64,000 nucleotides of DNA from Octopus vulgaris (GCA_951406725.2 OX597824.1:5332001-5396000); one strand, 5' to 3'. Positions 1-13,621 are shown, numbered from the stretch's first letter. Numbers and translations: made by a program. The notes: generated from the sequence alone by a model not told the origin.

Positions 1-122
1 GCATCACGTTTTTTTTTTTAAACTCAGACACACATGCAAACACACAGACAATCACACGGACACACGGACACACATTAATACATACGTACACAATATTTGA
101 AAATTAATCATTGAGATATTAA

Positions 123-301
123 CTAATTTGAACACTGGTTAATATCCCACTGATTAAGGCTAATATGGCTGTCATTATAATGACACCCCCGAGTTGAATG
201 ATCAATACATAGTGTCAGAAATGATTCACTGCCGAAGTCTCTGTCTATTTCATAACTACGTTTTATTTGATGTATTATTATTAACCCCTTTCCTGCTAAT
301 T
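123..301 (-). CDS. Candidate coding exon 2 (terminal) of the same secreted protein
   Basis: Pyrimidine-rich acceptor ATTTCATTTTCCAG (AG at 303-302). Phase 1 matches exon 1; open to TAG at 125-123. Joined product is 119 aa with 6 Cys after the signal peptide. Confidence 0.4.
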
Positions 302-521
302 CTGGAAAATGAAATATTATTGCCGCAATTTCGAAGGTAAAAATGATCTTCAGAAGTAAAGAAACACACAGTAATATATGTGTGCAAGACCTTTCCGCAC
401 AATAAACGATCCTCATGCGCAGGCATCGCTTGAAAAAGAAAAAGTATTATGACCTGTCACAAAAATGGCTGATCGTTGCCTTCGAATGTGTGGGACTTTC
501 GATCAGGCGATGGCAATACTC

Positions 522-524
<3 letters not shown>

Positions 525-584
<60 letters not shown>

Positions 585-667
585 TAGATAGATAGATAGA
601 TAGATATTTGTGTGTGTGTGTGTATATATATACATATGTATATATATGTATATATATCTACATATAC

Positions 668-737
<70 letters not shown>

Positions 738-950
738 ATGTATAATCAGTGCAAATAACGAGAAAATATAATGAAAGAAGAGAACTTAGAATGTTTTTTG
801 AAGAGAACTTGAAATGTTTTCAAAACCTGGTTGAGGGGTTTGTGATGAGAAATGTATAACGACTTTTTGGGGCAGAGTTAAAATGACGTATGTATGTATG
901 TATGTATGTATGTATGTATGTATGTATGTATGTATGTATGTATGTATGTA
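525..950. repeat. Compound microsatellites (TA)n, (TAGA)n, (TG)n, (TATG)n
   Basis: Directly visible simple repeats; lie in the intron of the candidate gene. Confidence 0.95.
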
Positions 951-1110
951 TACATACAGGAAGTTAGCAAGGAACGAGACCGGGAATCTCATTTACTTCC
1001 TGTTAAAGAACGAGACGGGTAATCTCGTGGACTTCCTGTTAAAAAGAGAAAAAGGAAAATCCAGAGTTTAGAATACAGCAACGGTATAGCGTGGATAGCA
1101 AAAAATTTAC

Positions 1111-1291
1111 GAGTGAGCTGCATACGGATCAGACCGTTTACAACACAATTTGGAAAATCGAATACTGGGCATGACATTCCTTTCTTAAATGGTTGTTTCA
1201 AGCTGGGAATTCCTGCACAAAAGTCTTTATTGGATTGTGTCGTCGTAGCTGCTGCAGCAAAAGACAAGAAGACGATATAACATAAAAGCAT
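1111..1291 (-). CDS. Candidate coding exon 1 of a small secreted protein (signal peptide MLLCYIVFLSFAAAA...)
   Basis: ATG at 1291, hydrophobic N-terminus ending in small residues (AAAA|TTTQ), non-repetitive sequence. 181 nt (60 codons + 1) end at a GTAAAT donor (1110-1105). Confidence 0.42.
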
Positions 1292-2547
1292 GCTAAGTCA
1301 CTTGTCCTGTGGATTGTCCTCTCGAAATGTGGTTGCAAAATTCCATAACATCCCTAAAGTTGTTATTGCCTCTGTTGTGTTCATTATTTGTGCTTGGTGA
1401 TTGATAATGTTATATTCCTCAGTCAATCAGAAAATTCCCTAATTTGAACTATGATTGTACGTAGTGGACTTGTGCTAGAGACGCTATGCAATGTCGGTAG
1501 ATTCTTCCCTATGTTTCCTTTGCTAAATGTGTCTCAGGAGCGAAGTATGAGTGATGTGGAATTTACTTCGTGAGAGTTTTTGAAAATCACAAACGCTAGC
1601 GTAGACGGTTCGTAAATGGCTGGTCTTTTAATCCGAGGTAAGACGTAGTACGGATTTTTTTCATTTGTGGTGGCCTGATACAAGACACAGTTATTAATTC
1701 ATCGATTATCAAACGGACACAGCTCAGTGTTTCGAAAATTATGAACTGGTTTAATGAACTGTTCATTGATAACGTTATAAACTACCTGGCGAAATTATTT
1801 CTTCTTAATTAGCAAAAACTATCACAAAAACAAACTTGGAAAAAAATTCTATAAGAATTATATAAAAGCTAATTATTTTGTCATAAGAAAAATCATTTCG
1901 TTACATAACTACAAATCATTCGAAACTAGAAAAATAAGGAATTCCAGAGGTTTTAATTTGCGAGTAGGTGAAAGAATTAGCGTTAGTCAGTATGGTCACG
2001 GTTGAGCTTGAGATGGATGAAATACATTTGGTGTTTTGCGAGGAGGAGACAGATGTGTTGGGTGGGTCAAGGAAGAGAAGAAGGCTCTATAGAGCTAGGT
2101 AAGAGAGAGTGACATACACACAGATGTTAGCGATAAAATAGGAAGAGAGATGATCAGAGTGTGGCCATGCTGGAGTACCACCTTTAGTGTGTTTGTGAGC
2201 GGGAATTTGCCAAATGATTTCTTATCTTACTTTGGATGTTTTAGGGATATTTGTGTGTAGCAATGACACCGTTCTAGATGTTGATATATTGTAGGCGTAG
2301 GTAGACATTATAAGTTTGTCGAGGACTAGTGATCGTTGAACGCAGAAATATTTTCTTGTATTGAAGAAGTTTAGTTTTCTAGGATGTAGCGTTAGCTATA
2401 TTATATAAGAGGAGTCATCAAGAAGGATAAACAAACGTAGTGAGGAAGATTCTAGGACTTATAGAGACTTTAGAAATTTTGTTTGAGGAATCTCAAAACA
2501 TGAATAAAACAGAAGCATACATTAATATTAATAATGACGTAATAAGA

Positions 2548-2706
2548 GCAGGAGTGGCTGTGTAGTAAGTAGCTTGCTTACCACTCACATTGTTCCGGGT
2601 TCAGTCCCACGGCGTGGCACCTTGGGCAAGTTTCTTCTAGTATAGCCTCGGGCCGACCAAAGCATTGTGAGTGGATTTGGTAGACGGAAACTGAAAGAAG
2701 CCCGTC

Positions 2707-2780
<74 letters not shown>

Positions 2781-2990
2781 ATATGTTTGTGTGTCTGTGT
2801 TTGCCCCCCAACATCACTTGACAACCGATGGTAGTGTGTTTACGTCCCCATAACAACTTAGCGGTTCGGCAAAAGAGACCGATAGAATAAGTACTAGGCT
2901 TACAAAGAAAGAATAAGTCCTGGGGTCGATTTGCTCGACCATAAAGGCGGTGCTCCAGCATGGCCGAAGTCAATTAAAAGAGTAAAAGAG
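2548..2990 (+). mobile_element. tRNA-derived SINE, family A (internal microsatellite)
   Basis: Head GGAGTGGCTGTGT(A/G)GTAAG...GGTTCAGTCCC (A/B-box-like), CCTTGGGCAAGT core-like motif, internal (TA)n(TG)n, (GTAAAAGA)n tail; at least 8 copies in the window. Confidence 0.9.
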
Positions 2991-3392
2991 TACAGGAATG
3001 ATTTCAAGAACAGGAAGATTAAAAATATCATCATTGGCTGTTTCGAAGCCACTGAACAGACTGGTCTGCACACGATAAAGTAATTTCGGTATGAACATGT
3101 ATATATAAAAGTTGTTTAACATCATGACTGACACTGGAAGTTTACAAGTTCTGTAAAACGATGGTGATGCCCTTGTATAGAGATACGGCGTTTTCATCTG
3201 CGTTGCATACTTCACTATTTTGGAATTTTCTAAAGAAAAAAAAGAATCTCTCTTTGCAGTTGTTAGTTTCCTGGAAGTTAGTATTGATAATGAGATATTG
3301 ATCAATGATTGCAAAATATGAACCAATCTATAAGTCAATATTTGTAGAGAAACGATCATACTTTGGATTATGTATGTATATATGTATATATG

Positions 3393-3429
<37 letters not shown>

Positions 3430-3476
3430 GCACGCATATATATATATACACATACATACATACATGCATACACACA

Positions 3477-3512
<36 letters not shown>

Positions 3513-3518
3513 TATATA

Positions 3519-3632
3519 TTCTGTTGTGTCTGGGGAGAGTCATTTTCTTTTTGTGCCTTATAATGTAACACACTCACCGGTAAAATTTCCACTTTTTTCT
3601 TATTTTTATTTTCCTAAAATTTTTGTTGCGTC
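3519..3632 (+). repeat. Dispersed repeat, inverted copy at about 29203-29316
   Basis: About 110 bp (GAGAGTCATTTTCTTT...CACCGGTAAAATTTCCACTT...) match the reverse complement of 29203-29316. Confidence 0.75.
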
Positions 3633-5722
3633 TTCCAAAAACAAAATATATATATATATATAAAATTTGTACACAAACACACATACACGCAATCGACGCA
3701 AGATAACTATGGCAACGTTGATATATGCCGGATTTGAAATCATGACCACAGGGATTTTAGTCCATTTAGTCCATTAATGTTGTGTTTCAGACAAGATTTT
3801 ATCTCATTTTCTATGTATTTTTATTATCGTGGTATAATTATGAGAAAATATGACTGGTTTTTGATGTTTTTTTGTTGCAAGGAAATTAATGTTTTGAAAG
3901 ATATGTACTGTTAAAGTAAGATTTCTGTTGTTGACGCAGCTGGGAAAAAGCACACGGAAACGCTATAATTCGTTAAAAATATACATAAAAAAAGTGTCAG
4001 AAGTACAATACAGGAGGAAATGTAATCTATCAAAGTCTTCTGCGTATCGAAATCTTTAAAGTAATTCTTTTTCATTGCGATATAATGTTTAAATAAAAGA
4101 AAATGTTTCTTTTGAAGTACATTATCGTTTACTTGCCATATTAATCCATTTTCATTAGGAATTTGGTTCGGTGTTTTACCCTGTTCATCAGTTTATCTTT
4201 GTTTTATAAAACAGAATATTTCAATGCATCATCTAATTCTATAACTTCGTATGACAGCATTCCAATAAAGCTGCCTTTTAGTTTGTGAGAATATATCGAT
4301 AAAATCTTAAACGAAACGAAGCAAACAGCTCCTGAAAAGCAACGGAAAACGTTTATAAATGTATATGTAGTCTGTGTTGTGCGCGTGTGTCTGGGTGTGT
4401 GTGTGTGTGTGTGTGTATGAGTGTGTGTGTGTATACGTATGTTGTGTGTGTTTGTGTGTGTGTACGTCTGTTGTTTGTGTTTGTGTGTGTGGAGGGGACT
4501 GGAAACAACAAACGATATTCAATAATATATGGATTCAAAGCGGAAAATGTGTTTCATTTTTATTTAAAAAAAGCTATAAGTGGTTATTGGGAGTTCTCTG
4601 AAGTATTTCGTTTATTGTAACAATCTACGGTACGACTGATTATGGTATGGTGTAAATAATCTTCTTTCAGAGGAACCTGTCTTCAGAAGATAATCAAATT
4701 CTCGGCAATATTTAGTTCTTCATTAAATAACATATCTAAACATTGATTACAATAGTTAGAAACGTTATTTAATTTCATATTTCAATTGTTTAGTTTAGAG
4801 AAAGAACATCTCCTTAGAATCCATACAAGACTTGCGACAGTAGCACAGTTCATATGAATATACATAAGTTGACGATTAATGCACGCAAACAAGCCTACAT
4901 CGAGTGACGGCAAGGCAGCTCATACTGAACACCTGTCTTTAAGTCGACGACTGCAGAAACACGATATCACATTGAGCCTCTGTCAGTAAGTCGACAACCG
5001 AGGGGACACAAAATCCAATTGAACGTCTAAATCGGCCATTGACAGTCTCCAAGCACAAGAATTAATTTACAGTAGGTTGGCGTTCTGATTTCGAGAAAAT
5101 CAAAATTTTGAAAATTTAGTAAGTTTTTAAGAATACAATGCAGCCGTGTAGCAGAGTGATTTAAACAAATGTAATCCATATTTTAATCATTCTTGTATCT
5201 TGGCTAAGTTCAGCTCTTCAAAACGGACGAAGTTTTTGGTTAAATTTATGCATTACATCTGAATGTAATTCTTTATAATACAAGTGAAATATTTTTGATA
5301 TTTTATATGACAATAACGCATAGAAAGTCTTGTGGTAAAGGATGAAACGGACAAAACGAAAGGCATTGATATTCGGAGCATGAAAAGTCTGAATAAAATG
5401 TAAAGGATAAAGTGAAAAATCAAACAGGAGAAAGGCAAGAGAAGGAAAAAAAAAACAATGAAAAACAAAAATAAAACAAAACAAAGGAATCCAAGATTTC
5501 AAGTAATTCCGTCGTGGCATGCGTATTGTCGGGGTTTAGAGAGTAATTTATATATGAAAGAATTATGTCAAGAAAACATGCTTCTAGTCATTGTTGAACC
5601 ATCTTCAGTCGCAAATTTCTATTGAGAATATTTTCTTTTTACTTCTTTGCTGTTATTAATGTAATCTCATATTATGGAATTACCTGTACAGGTTTCACAT
5701 ATGTACATGGGAATACATACTC

Positions 5723-6125
5723 TCTCTTTTACTCTTTTACTTGTTTCAGTCATTTGACTGCGGCCATGCTGGAGCACCGCCTTTAGTCGAGCAAATCGAC
5801 CCTGGACTTATTCTTTGTAAGCCCAGTACTTATTCTATCGGTCTCTTTTGCCGAACCGCTAAGTTACGGCGACGTAAACACACCAGCATCGTTTGTCAAG
5901 CAATGCTAGGGGGACAAACACAGACACAAGACCATACACACACATATATATATACATACATATATACGACGGGCTTCTTTCAGTTTCCGTCTACCAAATC
6001 CACTCACAAGGCTTTGGTTGGCCCGAGGCTATAGTAGAAGACACTTGCCCAAGATGCCACGCAGTGGGACTGAACCCGGAACCATGTTGTTGGTAAGCAA
6101 GCTACTTACCACACAGCCACTCCTA
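5723..6125 (-). mobile_element. SINE family A, full length
   Basis: Reverse complement of the 2548-2990 element from head to (GTAAAAGA)n tail. Confidence 0.9.
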
Positions 6126-6366
6126 TATATGCATATGTATGTATGTATATATATATATGTATATATATAATTGTTAAACGACGTCAAAAATAAAAAATAA
6201 AAATGTTTAACAATTTTATATCCGCTGCACCGGTAATCTGCAATGGCTCCATAACTACCGTCTCAGTTATAATCTTGGAGCCCAAGTAATCCGTTACAGC
6301 ACTTATCTATCGTGCCTGATCGCTTAGATCACCTGTGAACTAAACCCCCATTCTTTGTATATATAT

Positions 6367-6449
6367 GGGCAAGTGTCTTCTGCTATAGCCCCGGGCCGAC
6401 CAATGCCTTGTGAGTGGATTTGGTAGACGGAAACTGAAAGAAGCCTGTC

Positions 6450-6493
<44 letters not shown>

Positions 6494-6708
6494 GTGTGTG
6501 TTTGTGTGTCTGTGCTTGTCCCCCTAGCATTGCTTGACAACCGATGCTGGTGTGTTTACGTCCCAGTAACTTAGCAGTTCGGCAAAAAGAGACTGATAGA
6601 ATAAGTACTGGGCTTACAAAGAATAAGTCTCGGCTGATTTGCTCGACTAAAGGCGGTGCTCCAGCATGACCGTAGTCAAATGACTGAAACAAGTAAAAGA
6701 GTAAAAGA

Positions 6709-6709
<1 letters not shown>
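6367..6709 (+). mobile_element. SINE family A, 5'-truncated
   Basis: Starts at GGGCAAGTGTCTTC; body, internal (TA)n and tail match family A. Confidence 0.9.
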
Positions 6710-6767
<58 letters not shown>

Positions 6768-6935
6768 TATATATATAAGTAAATGTAGGGATAAACAAGT
6801 TAGACAAATTTCTGTATAAAGCATATCAAATATATGAAATACAAAAGATATACATATGCATATTTCTATACTCTCTCAAGCTTAAATCTCTTGAGCACAA
6901 CAGTGTGTATTCTATACGAAGAATATCTGATTCTC

Positions 6936-7063
<128 letters not shown>

Positions 7064-7067
7064 GATA

Positions 7068-7170
7068 AACGTCGCCTTTTTCAAGCCTAGCCAGGCTCAT
7101 GGTCCCGGTTTCCGGGTTTCTTTGGCGTCCGTCCCCTCCCCACCAGCTGGACGGGACGCCAGTCCATCGC

Positions 7171-7172
<2 letters not shown>
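7068..7172 (-). mobile_element. 3' fragment of a SINE related to the 34873-35180 element, embedded in (TA)n
   Basis: TGCGATGGACTGGCGTCCCGTCCAG...GCCAAAGAAACCCGGAAACCGG matches the 3' module of 34873-35180. Confidence 0.65.
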
Positions 7173-7223
<51 letters not shown>

Positions 7224-7934
7224 TGTATGTATGTATGTATGTATGTATGTGTCTGTGTGTGCGTGTGTTTGCTTGTTTGTATGTGTGTAAAGATGCATAT
7301 ATATTTATATATATATGTGTATATATGCTTGTATAACTGTAAATATATATATATATATATACATGCATATACATATATATATTATATATGTATATATATA
7401 TATATGTATATATATATTTATATATATATACATACATATAAATCTACATATATACATATAAATGTTAAATAAAATGAGACAACAAAGTCAAGGCTCTGTA
7501 GAAGTTTCTGGAGAAGTTAGTCTTACAGCTGTTTCTGGGATATTAGGGATATCTCTGCATCGGAAACGATGTGAGATGGTTAAATAAAGGGAAATGGTAG
7601 ATTTCAATGTAAGAAGTTATTTTGGAAAAGGATGGAAATATAGAGTATAAAGGGAAATAAGAGAATAAAAGTAAAAATAAAAATATATTTTGGATGTTAC
7701 TGTTGCAGTTCCATTATCCAAGGAAAGTGCTGTGTAGAAGTGGTGGAAAGGCTTTTTGTCCATGGTATGTAAATTCCGATAGGAGTTCATAGTTTTTTTA
7801 ATTACAAATGGATAGTTTGGAGACGTTGATTCCATGTCCTGTCCATTCGAAGGGGTCTTGTGGTGGGAGTGAAATTTTGAGAATGTTGTGGTAGTATTAA
7901 GTAGATAGAGAGGAAAGACCACTACATTCTCTAA

Positions 7935-8785
7935 ATTTCACTCACCCAAAAAGTGTCACAGACAGACTCTATGGACCAAGAAAAAGAAGGGAGAGAGGAC
8001 CGTTTGGATGTGAATACAGCATTAGAGCAGAAGAAATCAACATAGCATGGTCTGTAAAAGATGCCACAGAACCACTGTTATTGGAAGTAAGAAGGCCAGG
8101 CTTGTGCAGGAAGGAATATTGCAAAGGTAAAGCACTGTACAAGCCCTTGAGAATAAATGAAACTGAAAACAGGTGGATAAAGAAAAGAATGGATGGAAAA
8201 TTTCATAGGGATGTTGAAGATAAGACAGACAGAGAAAAAGATGGCTATGGATGACAAAAAGTGATTTAAAACCGGAAGCGGAAGTTCTAATCCGTGCTGC
8301 CTAAGAGTAAGCATTAGGAACCAATTACATCAAATACAGAACATACAGCACATCAGAAAGTGATAAGAGCAGAATTTGTGGACAAAATGGTGAAAGCGTA
8401 TGGCATATTACCAGTCAATGTATGCCACTAACCCAGAAAGACTATAAGAGATGTCATGACAATATGGCAAAGATATTGCATTGGATACTCTGTAACAAGT
8501 ATGGACTTGACAGAGCAAAACAATGTTACGAATATAAACCCAAAGGCATAATCGAAAATGATAATGTGGGATTTTATGATTCAGTGCGATGATGAGATAG
8601 AGAATAGGAAGCCAGACATAGTGTTAATTGAGAAAGAAAGCAAACGATGCTGGATTATAGATGTAGCATGCCCAGCTGACAACAAGGTATGCAATAAGGA
8701 AGAAAGAAAAGTCGATAGATATCACAAGTTAACTTGGGAGGCTAAGCAGTTGTGGTCGATGAAAAATGTGGTGGTAGTATTGTAC
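7935..8785 (+). pseudogene. Decayed 3' part of an RLE-type non-LTR retrotransposon (R4/Dong-like): CCHC knuckle plus restriction-like endonuclease
   Basis: Translated motifs HPKSVTDRLY, (S)RICGQNGESVWHITSQC, YKRCHD, WDFMIQCD..IENRKPDIVLI...IIDVACP...K..Y; multiple stops and frameshifts. Confidence 0.85.
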
Positions 8786-8860
8786 CCCAGTGTCACATTG
8801 AAAGCATGCACTGCTCTCTCACTTACTCAGTAATAATAATAATAATAATAATGATGATGA

Positions 8861-9045
8861 TCCTTTCTACGATAGGCACAAAGCATGAACTTTTGGGGGA
8901 GCAGACTAGTCGATTACACCGACCCCAGTGTTCAACTGGTACTTATTTTACAGACCAGCAAAGGATGAGAAGCAAAATCGACCCCTCGGCGGAATTTGAA
9001 CTCAGGACGGGCAGACGGACGAAATGCTTCTAAGCTCGCCGCCTT
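8861..9045 (-). mobile_element. tRNA-derived SINE, family B (internally deleted)
   Basis: AAGGCGGCGAGC head, GAGTTCAAATTCCGCCGAGG B-box region, TCATCCTTT...AAGTACCAG core. Confidence 0.8.
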
Positions 9046-9440
9046 AATAATAATAACAACAACAATAATGACAACACAAAACAAAAGAAAAAGAAGAGTA
9101 CGATGCGACAGATAATTAAATACAGACTGACTTTGTTTTTTAAAACCCAAAGAAGACAAACTGTTGAAATAGTGTTTAGTTGAATAATCAGTCAATCTCT
9201 ATTTTATTATACATCGTATCGCCATCTTCTTATTGTGTATTTATCTTCGGAACGATTTACGTCAATCTTCATAAATTGTTCAAAAATAATAATAGTCAAG
9301 GTAGAACAATGAACGCACAATAAAAGCAATGCTAATAACAACAACACCAACAAGACGAAGACATATACGAAGATTATTATTTCAATACTTTTACATTTTT
9401 ATATGCATATGATATCCATGATCAATACTTTACGCATTTC

Positions 9441-9473
<33 letters not shown>

Positions 9474-9647
9474 TGTATGTATGTATGTATGTATGTACGT
9501 ATGTATGTATATATGTATGTATGTACACATATATATATACATACATACATACGTACTTACATAGATACACACAAGGTGCAAAGGAGCAATGATAGATATC
9601 AGAAAACATTATATATATATATACTTGTTAGTACATAATTATATGCA

Positions 9648-10043
9648 CAGTGGCTGTGTGATAAGTAGCTTGCTTACCAACCACACAGTTCCAGGTTCAG
9701 TCCCACCGCGTGGCACCTTGGGCAAGTGTCTTCTACTATAGCCTCAGGCCGACCAAAGCCTTGTGAGTGGATTTGGTAGGCGAAAACTGAAAGAAGCCTG
9801 TCGTATATATATGGGTGTGTGTGTGTTTGTGTGTCTGTGTTTGTCTCCGCAACATCGCTTGACAACTGATGCTGGTGTGTGCACGTCCCCGTTACTTAGC
9901 GGTTCGGCAAAAGAGATCGATAGGATAAGTACTGGGCTTACAAAGAATAAGTCCTCGGGTCGATTTGCTCGACTAGAAGGCGGTACTCCAGCATGGCCGC
10001 AGTCAAATGACTGAAACAAGTATAAGAGAATAGAGAAAAGAGA
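9648..10043 (+). mobile_element. SINE family A
   Basis: Full match to the family A body and tail. Confidence 0.9.
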
Positions 10044-10093
10044 AATATGTATACTTGGGTATATTTAGGTATATGTGCATCATAATTATATAT

Positions 10094-10474
10094 AGGAGTG
10101 GCTGTGTGGTAAGTAGCTTGCTAACCAGCCACATGGTTCCGGGTTCAGTCCCACTGCGTGGCATCTGCTATAGCCCCGGGCCGAGTGGATTTGGTAGACG
10201 GAAACTGAAAGAAGCCTGTCGTATATATGTATACATATGTATGTATGTGTTTGTGTGTTTGTGTGTCTGTGTTTGTCCCCCTAGCATTGCTTGACAACCG
10301 ATGCTGGTGTGTTTACGTCCCCGTCACTTAGCGGTTCGGCAAATGAGACAGATGGAATAAGTACTGGGCTTACAAAGAATAAGTCCCGGGGTTGATTTGC
10401 TCGACTAAAGGCGGTGCTCCAGCATAGCCGCAGTCAAATGACTGAAACAAGTAAAAGAGTAAAAGAGTAAAAGA
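10094..10474 (+). mobile_element. SINE family A with small internal deletions
   Basis: Family A head and tail (GTAAAAGA)x3; lacks the CCTTGGGCAAGTG and CCAAAGCCTTGT segments. Confidence 0.9.
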
Positions 10475-11026
10475 GATATATATACATTGTACACATATAA
10501 AGTATTACTTGAATGTGTATGTGTGTATGTGTGTGTGTGTGTGTGTGTTTGTAATTTAATATATGCTATGACTAAGCGGATATGGCCTCATATATTCCTG
10601 TGTGCACAATCTCTTGGATAACTTTACGTACACAAATTCATATTAACTCTCTCACTTGCTTTCACGCGCGCTCACATACACATTTAATCCTTTAAAACAA
10701 TTAAAAACGCAGATTCCATTACAAATTGTTATCTGAAGAAAAAAAAAAGGAAGAATGGAATTTTTCAGTTGCAGAATAAATGAACTAACTCTAGCAATTA
10801 CTGCTTATTGATGGTTTTTATTAGTTTGGCTTGAGAATGTGCTTTTTAAACCCAAACGAATACAGACCATTACCTAGCAGTAATATCTAAAAAAAAATTT
10901 GCATAAAGTGCATCCGTTCGCAGTATGGTTAACTAATTAATAAATATCAGTCAGTAAAATCTTGGAAAACTGTAGTTAAACACAATTTTTATTTTAGATA
11001 TTGTAATACATGTTACATTATCCATA

Positions 11027-11086
<60 letters not shown>

Positions 11087-11092
<6 letters not shown>

Positions 11093-11305
11093 ATCCAAAC
11101 AAGAAAACACAAAAAAACAACAAAAAAACACACCAACGCGAGGACGTGGAACAAATAAAGTATTATTGGACGCTCACGAAAGAAGGGAAGAAGGAGGGTT
11201 TAACGTTTCGAGCGGAGCTCTTCGTCGGAAACATAGGAGAAGGAAAGATCCCGAGAAGGGAAGACAGAGGAAAAAAATCGCCAGTGGTACTCACGAGGTC
11301 ACACA
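11087..11305 (-). mobile_element. Short PLE-type repeat (family D) with a minimal hammerhead motif at 11198-11232
   Basis: Homologous to 26037-26250 and 26745-26937. Minus strand reads GTTT-CCGACGA-A-GAGC TCC GCTC-GAAACGTT-AAAC; abuts (TA)n. Confidence 0.7.
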
Positions 11306-11345
11306 TCGAAATCTATCTAAAGAAGACTACGGCAGTCGTACTGCG

Positions 11346-11513
11346 TATTAATAGTAATCGCCAAGCTAACATGACAGTCCATAACATTAGGACGAATGCT
11401 ACCGTTGATTAGTTCCAAGAGGCCATCGCCTCTAGCTAGCTATGTGACACAAGTTTGTGTGTCACACAGCTATTGTTCTGGACTGCCATGTTAGCTTGAT
11501 GATAACTATTAAT
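11346..11513. repeat. Nested imperfect inverted repeat; related fragment at about 24710-24797
   Basis: Outer arms ATTAATAGTAATCGCCAAGCTAACATGACAGTCCATAAC / GTTCTGGACTGCCATGTTAGCTTGATGATAACTATTAAT; inner arms TAGCTATGTGACACA / TGTGTCACACAGCTA. Confidence 0.75.
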
Positions 11514-11522
11514 ATATATATG

Positions 11523-11561
<39 letters not shown>

Positions 11562-12056
11562 ATATATAATTTATATATTTATATTATTCATTAGAAACCG
11601 ATGCACTATTAATAACAAGAGGTAGTATATATCCCCACTTAAATGTGGATGTTCTGTTAGAGCAAAGTATATTACACGACAGAAACTCCACCATCGAAGT
11701 ATCCACATGTTCATTTGTCTACTCATTACATCTTGGTTTTAGTTTGTGTTTATTTTAAATAGTGACTATTGTACTACTCTTCGCGTGCATAAGAATGAAA
11801 AGTGCTTCTGATTATTTAGCAAGTTCTGAAACAGAAGAATAACGAGCTTTATTTGCTTGGGTGCTAAGAGAAGGGCAACATATATTTACATTTATTTGCA
11901 GCATAAAGTGAAATTATTAACTGTGAACATAAGGTACATTATACTAACCTCGGGATTTTTAATAAAGTTGTGTTGCACACACACGCACACACATACAAAC
12001 ACACCTGCACACAACCACACACACATATTTAACTACACACACACACACGTATATAT

Positions 12057-12309
12057 AGGGAGAGTTTACGAAAATACAAAAGACGAAGACAGGTGGTGTA
12101 CAAAACAAACAGATGTATTAGTATAACGCTCAGGAATAGAAAAAGTCTTTTACGTTTCGAGCCTACGCTCTTCTACAGAAAGGGACACAGAAAAAACAAG
12201 GAGAGAAAAAAATGTGTGTAGTGTAGTGGCTAACGATCTATCATGGCTAACGATCTATCATGGCTAACGATCTATCATGGCTAACGATCTATCATGGCTA
12301 ACGATCTAT
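12057..12309 (-). mobile_element. Short PLE-type repeat with a hammerhead-like motif (12147-12182) and a terminal 17-bp tandem array
   Basis: Minus strand CTTT-CTGTAGA-A-GAGC GTAG GCTC-GAAACGTA-AAAG (non-canonical core); TGGCTAACGATCTATCA about x5 at 12227-12309. Confidence 0.6.
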
Positions 12310-13496
12310 ATGTATATATACATATATATACATATAAATATGTATATATATATATACACGTATTTGCACATATATACATGCATACATATATAAATATATA
12401 AATAAATAAATAAACACACATAAATTTACACCCCATCGTACATGCTCATATAATATACATATCATGAAAGTGCAAGTATCATTTAATCTGATTACTGTCT
12501 GGTTGCCTAAAACTCAATGGATATCACTTTTATACGATATGGAAATGAAAGCAACCAGGAACAGAAGAGAATGTCAGGACGAAATCTTGGAATGGTACGC
12601 TAAGAGGCTGTAAGGCTTCATTAGTTAATATGTATCACCATAATTGTTTTACTGCAGATTTAAGTGTATTTACTATTAAAAGCGTAGCCATATTATGTAG
12701 AAAGCAATCGATATTTTAAAAAAGTCTCTAACATTAGTTTTCAAAAAGAATTTTAAAAAGTTGTTTAAAAAGTTATATTTCAAAGCCAGTGATGAATTTC
12801 AAATTAACGATAATGTGTTCGCTTGAAAGACGAATAGACTATTAGAATTTATTTGAAAATTATATAGAAAACTTTTGAACAAAGAAGACAAAACATTTCT
12901 ATTAACGCCAATTTTAAATATTCATAATAATTTAGAAGAATTAAAACAATTACCAAAAAATAAAAGCAAAACCAGTAAAGAATCTTTACTCAAAATTAGA
13001 ATTACAATACTTAAAGTTAATAATACAGAATTAATGACAAAGATATTTCAATTTCGGAAAATGCCATTGCAAAATGAGTTATTGATAAGAAGTTTTGAAG
13101 GGAAAAATTTACGAAATAAACTAATGGATGATCATACTTTAAAAGAAGTTAAAAAAAATAAATTTTTCTATCTTTTGCATAATACCACAGTTTTATTGGA
13201 GGAAATAGTTGAGGAAATCCGTACTTGACTGTTGTTTTATAGTATCGACTCAATGAAAAGTTCGCTTCTACGTAAACAGATGTGACTATATGCCCCTAGT
13301 CCAAGTCGCTTCCGGTTCTGATAATCAACCATTCTAACTTAATATATGATGCCTTTAACATCAATTATTTAACAAAATTTAATTATATTCTGCACCAGTT
13401 CTGGAATCTAAGAATGAATCAGAATACAATTAAGGCTAAATTTATGTCAGAGTAACAAGTTTCATCGGTGATAATAACGATAACAACTTATTCTTT

Positions 13497-13621
13497 GTGA
13501 GGTATACTAGCCATCTCAATATGGCTAACCACTAAGGGTGGGTGTTAGCCATATTGAGATGGCTAGTATACCTCACATTGTCGTGCAGTTACTGTTTACA
13601 TCTCGTTCAGAGATTTATTAT
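13497..13621. mobile_element. 125-bp insertion with a 34-bp perfect inverted repeat and a 12-bp target-site duplication
   Basis: Arms 13496-13529 and 13544-13577; AACTTATTCTTT duplicated at 13485-13496 and 13622-13633. Confidence 0.8.

Noticed and set aside
972-1043. 36-bp tandem duplication (GAACGAGAC...CTTCCTGTTAAA); similar short duplications at about 14989, 36902, 47947 and 58972/59100
   Set aside because: Only two units each; ordinary local duplications.
12227-12309. 17-bp unit repeated about 5 times, CRISPR-like at a glance
   Set aside because: No spacers and eukaryotic context; a simple tandem at an element end.
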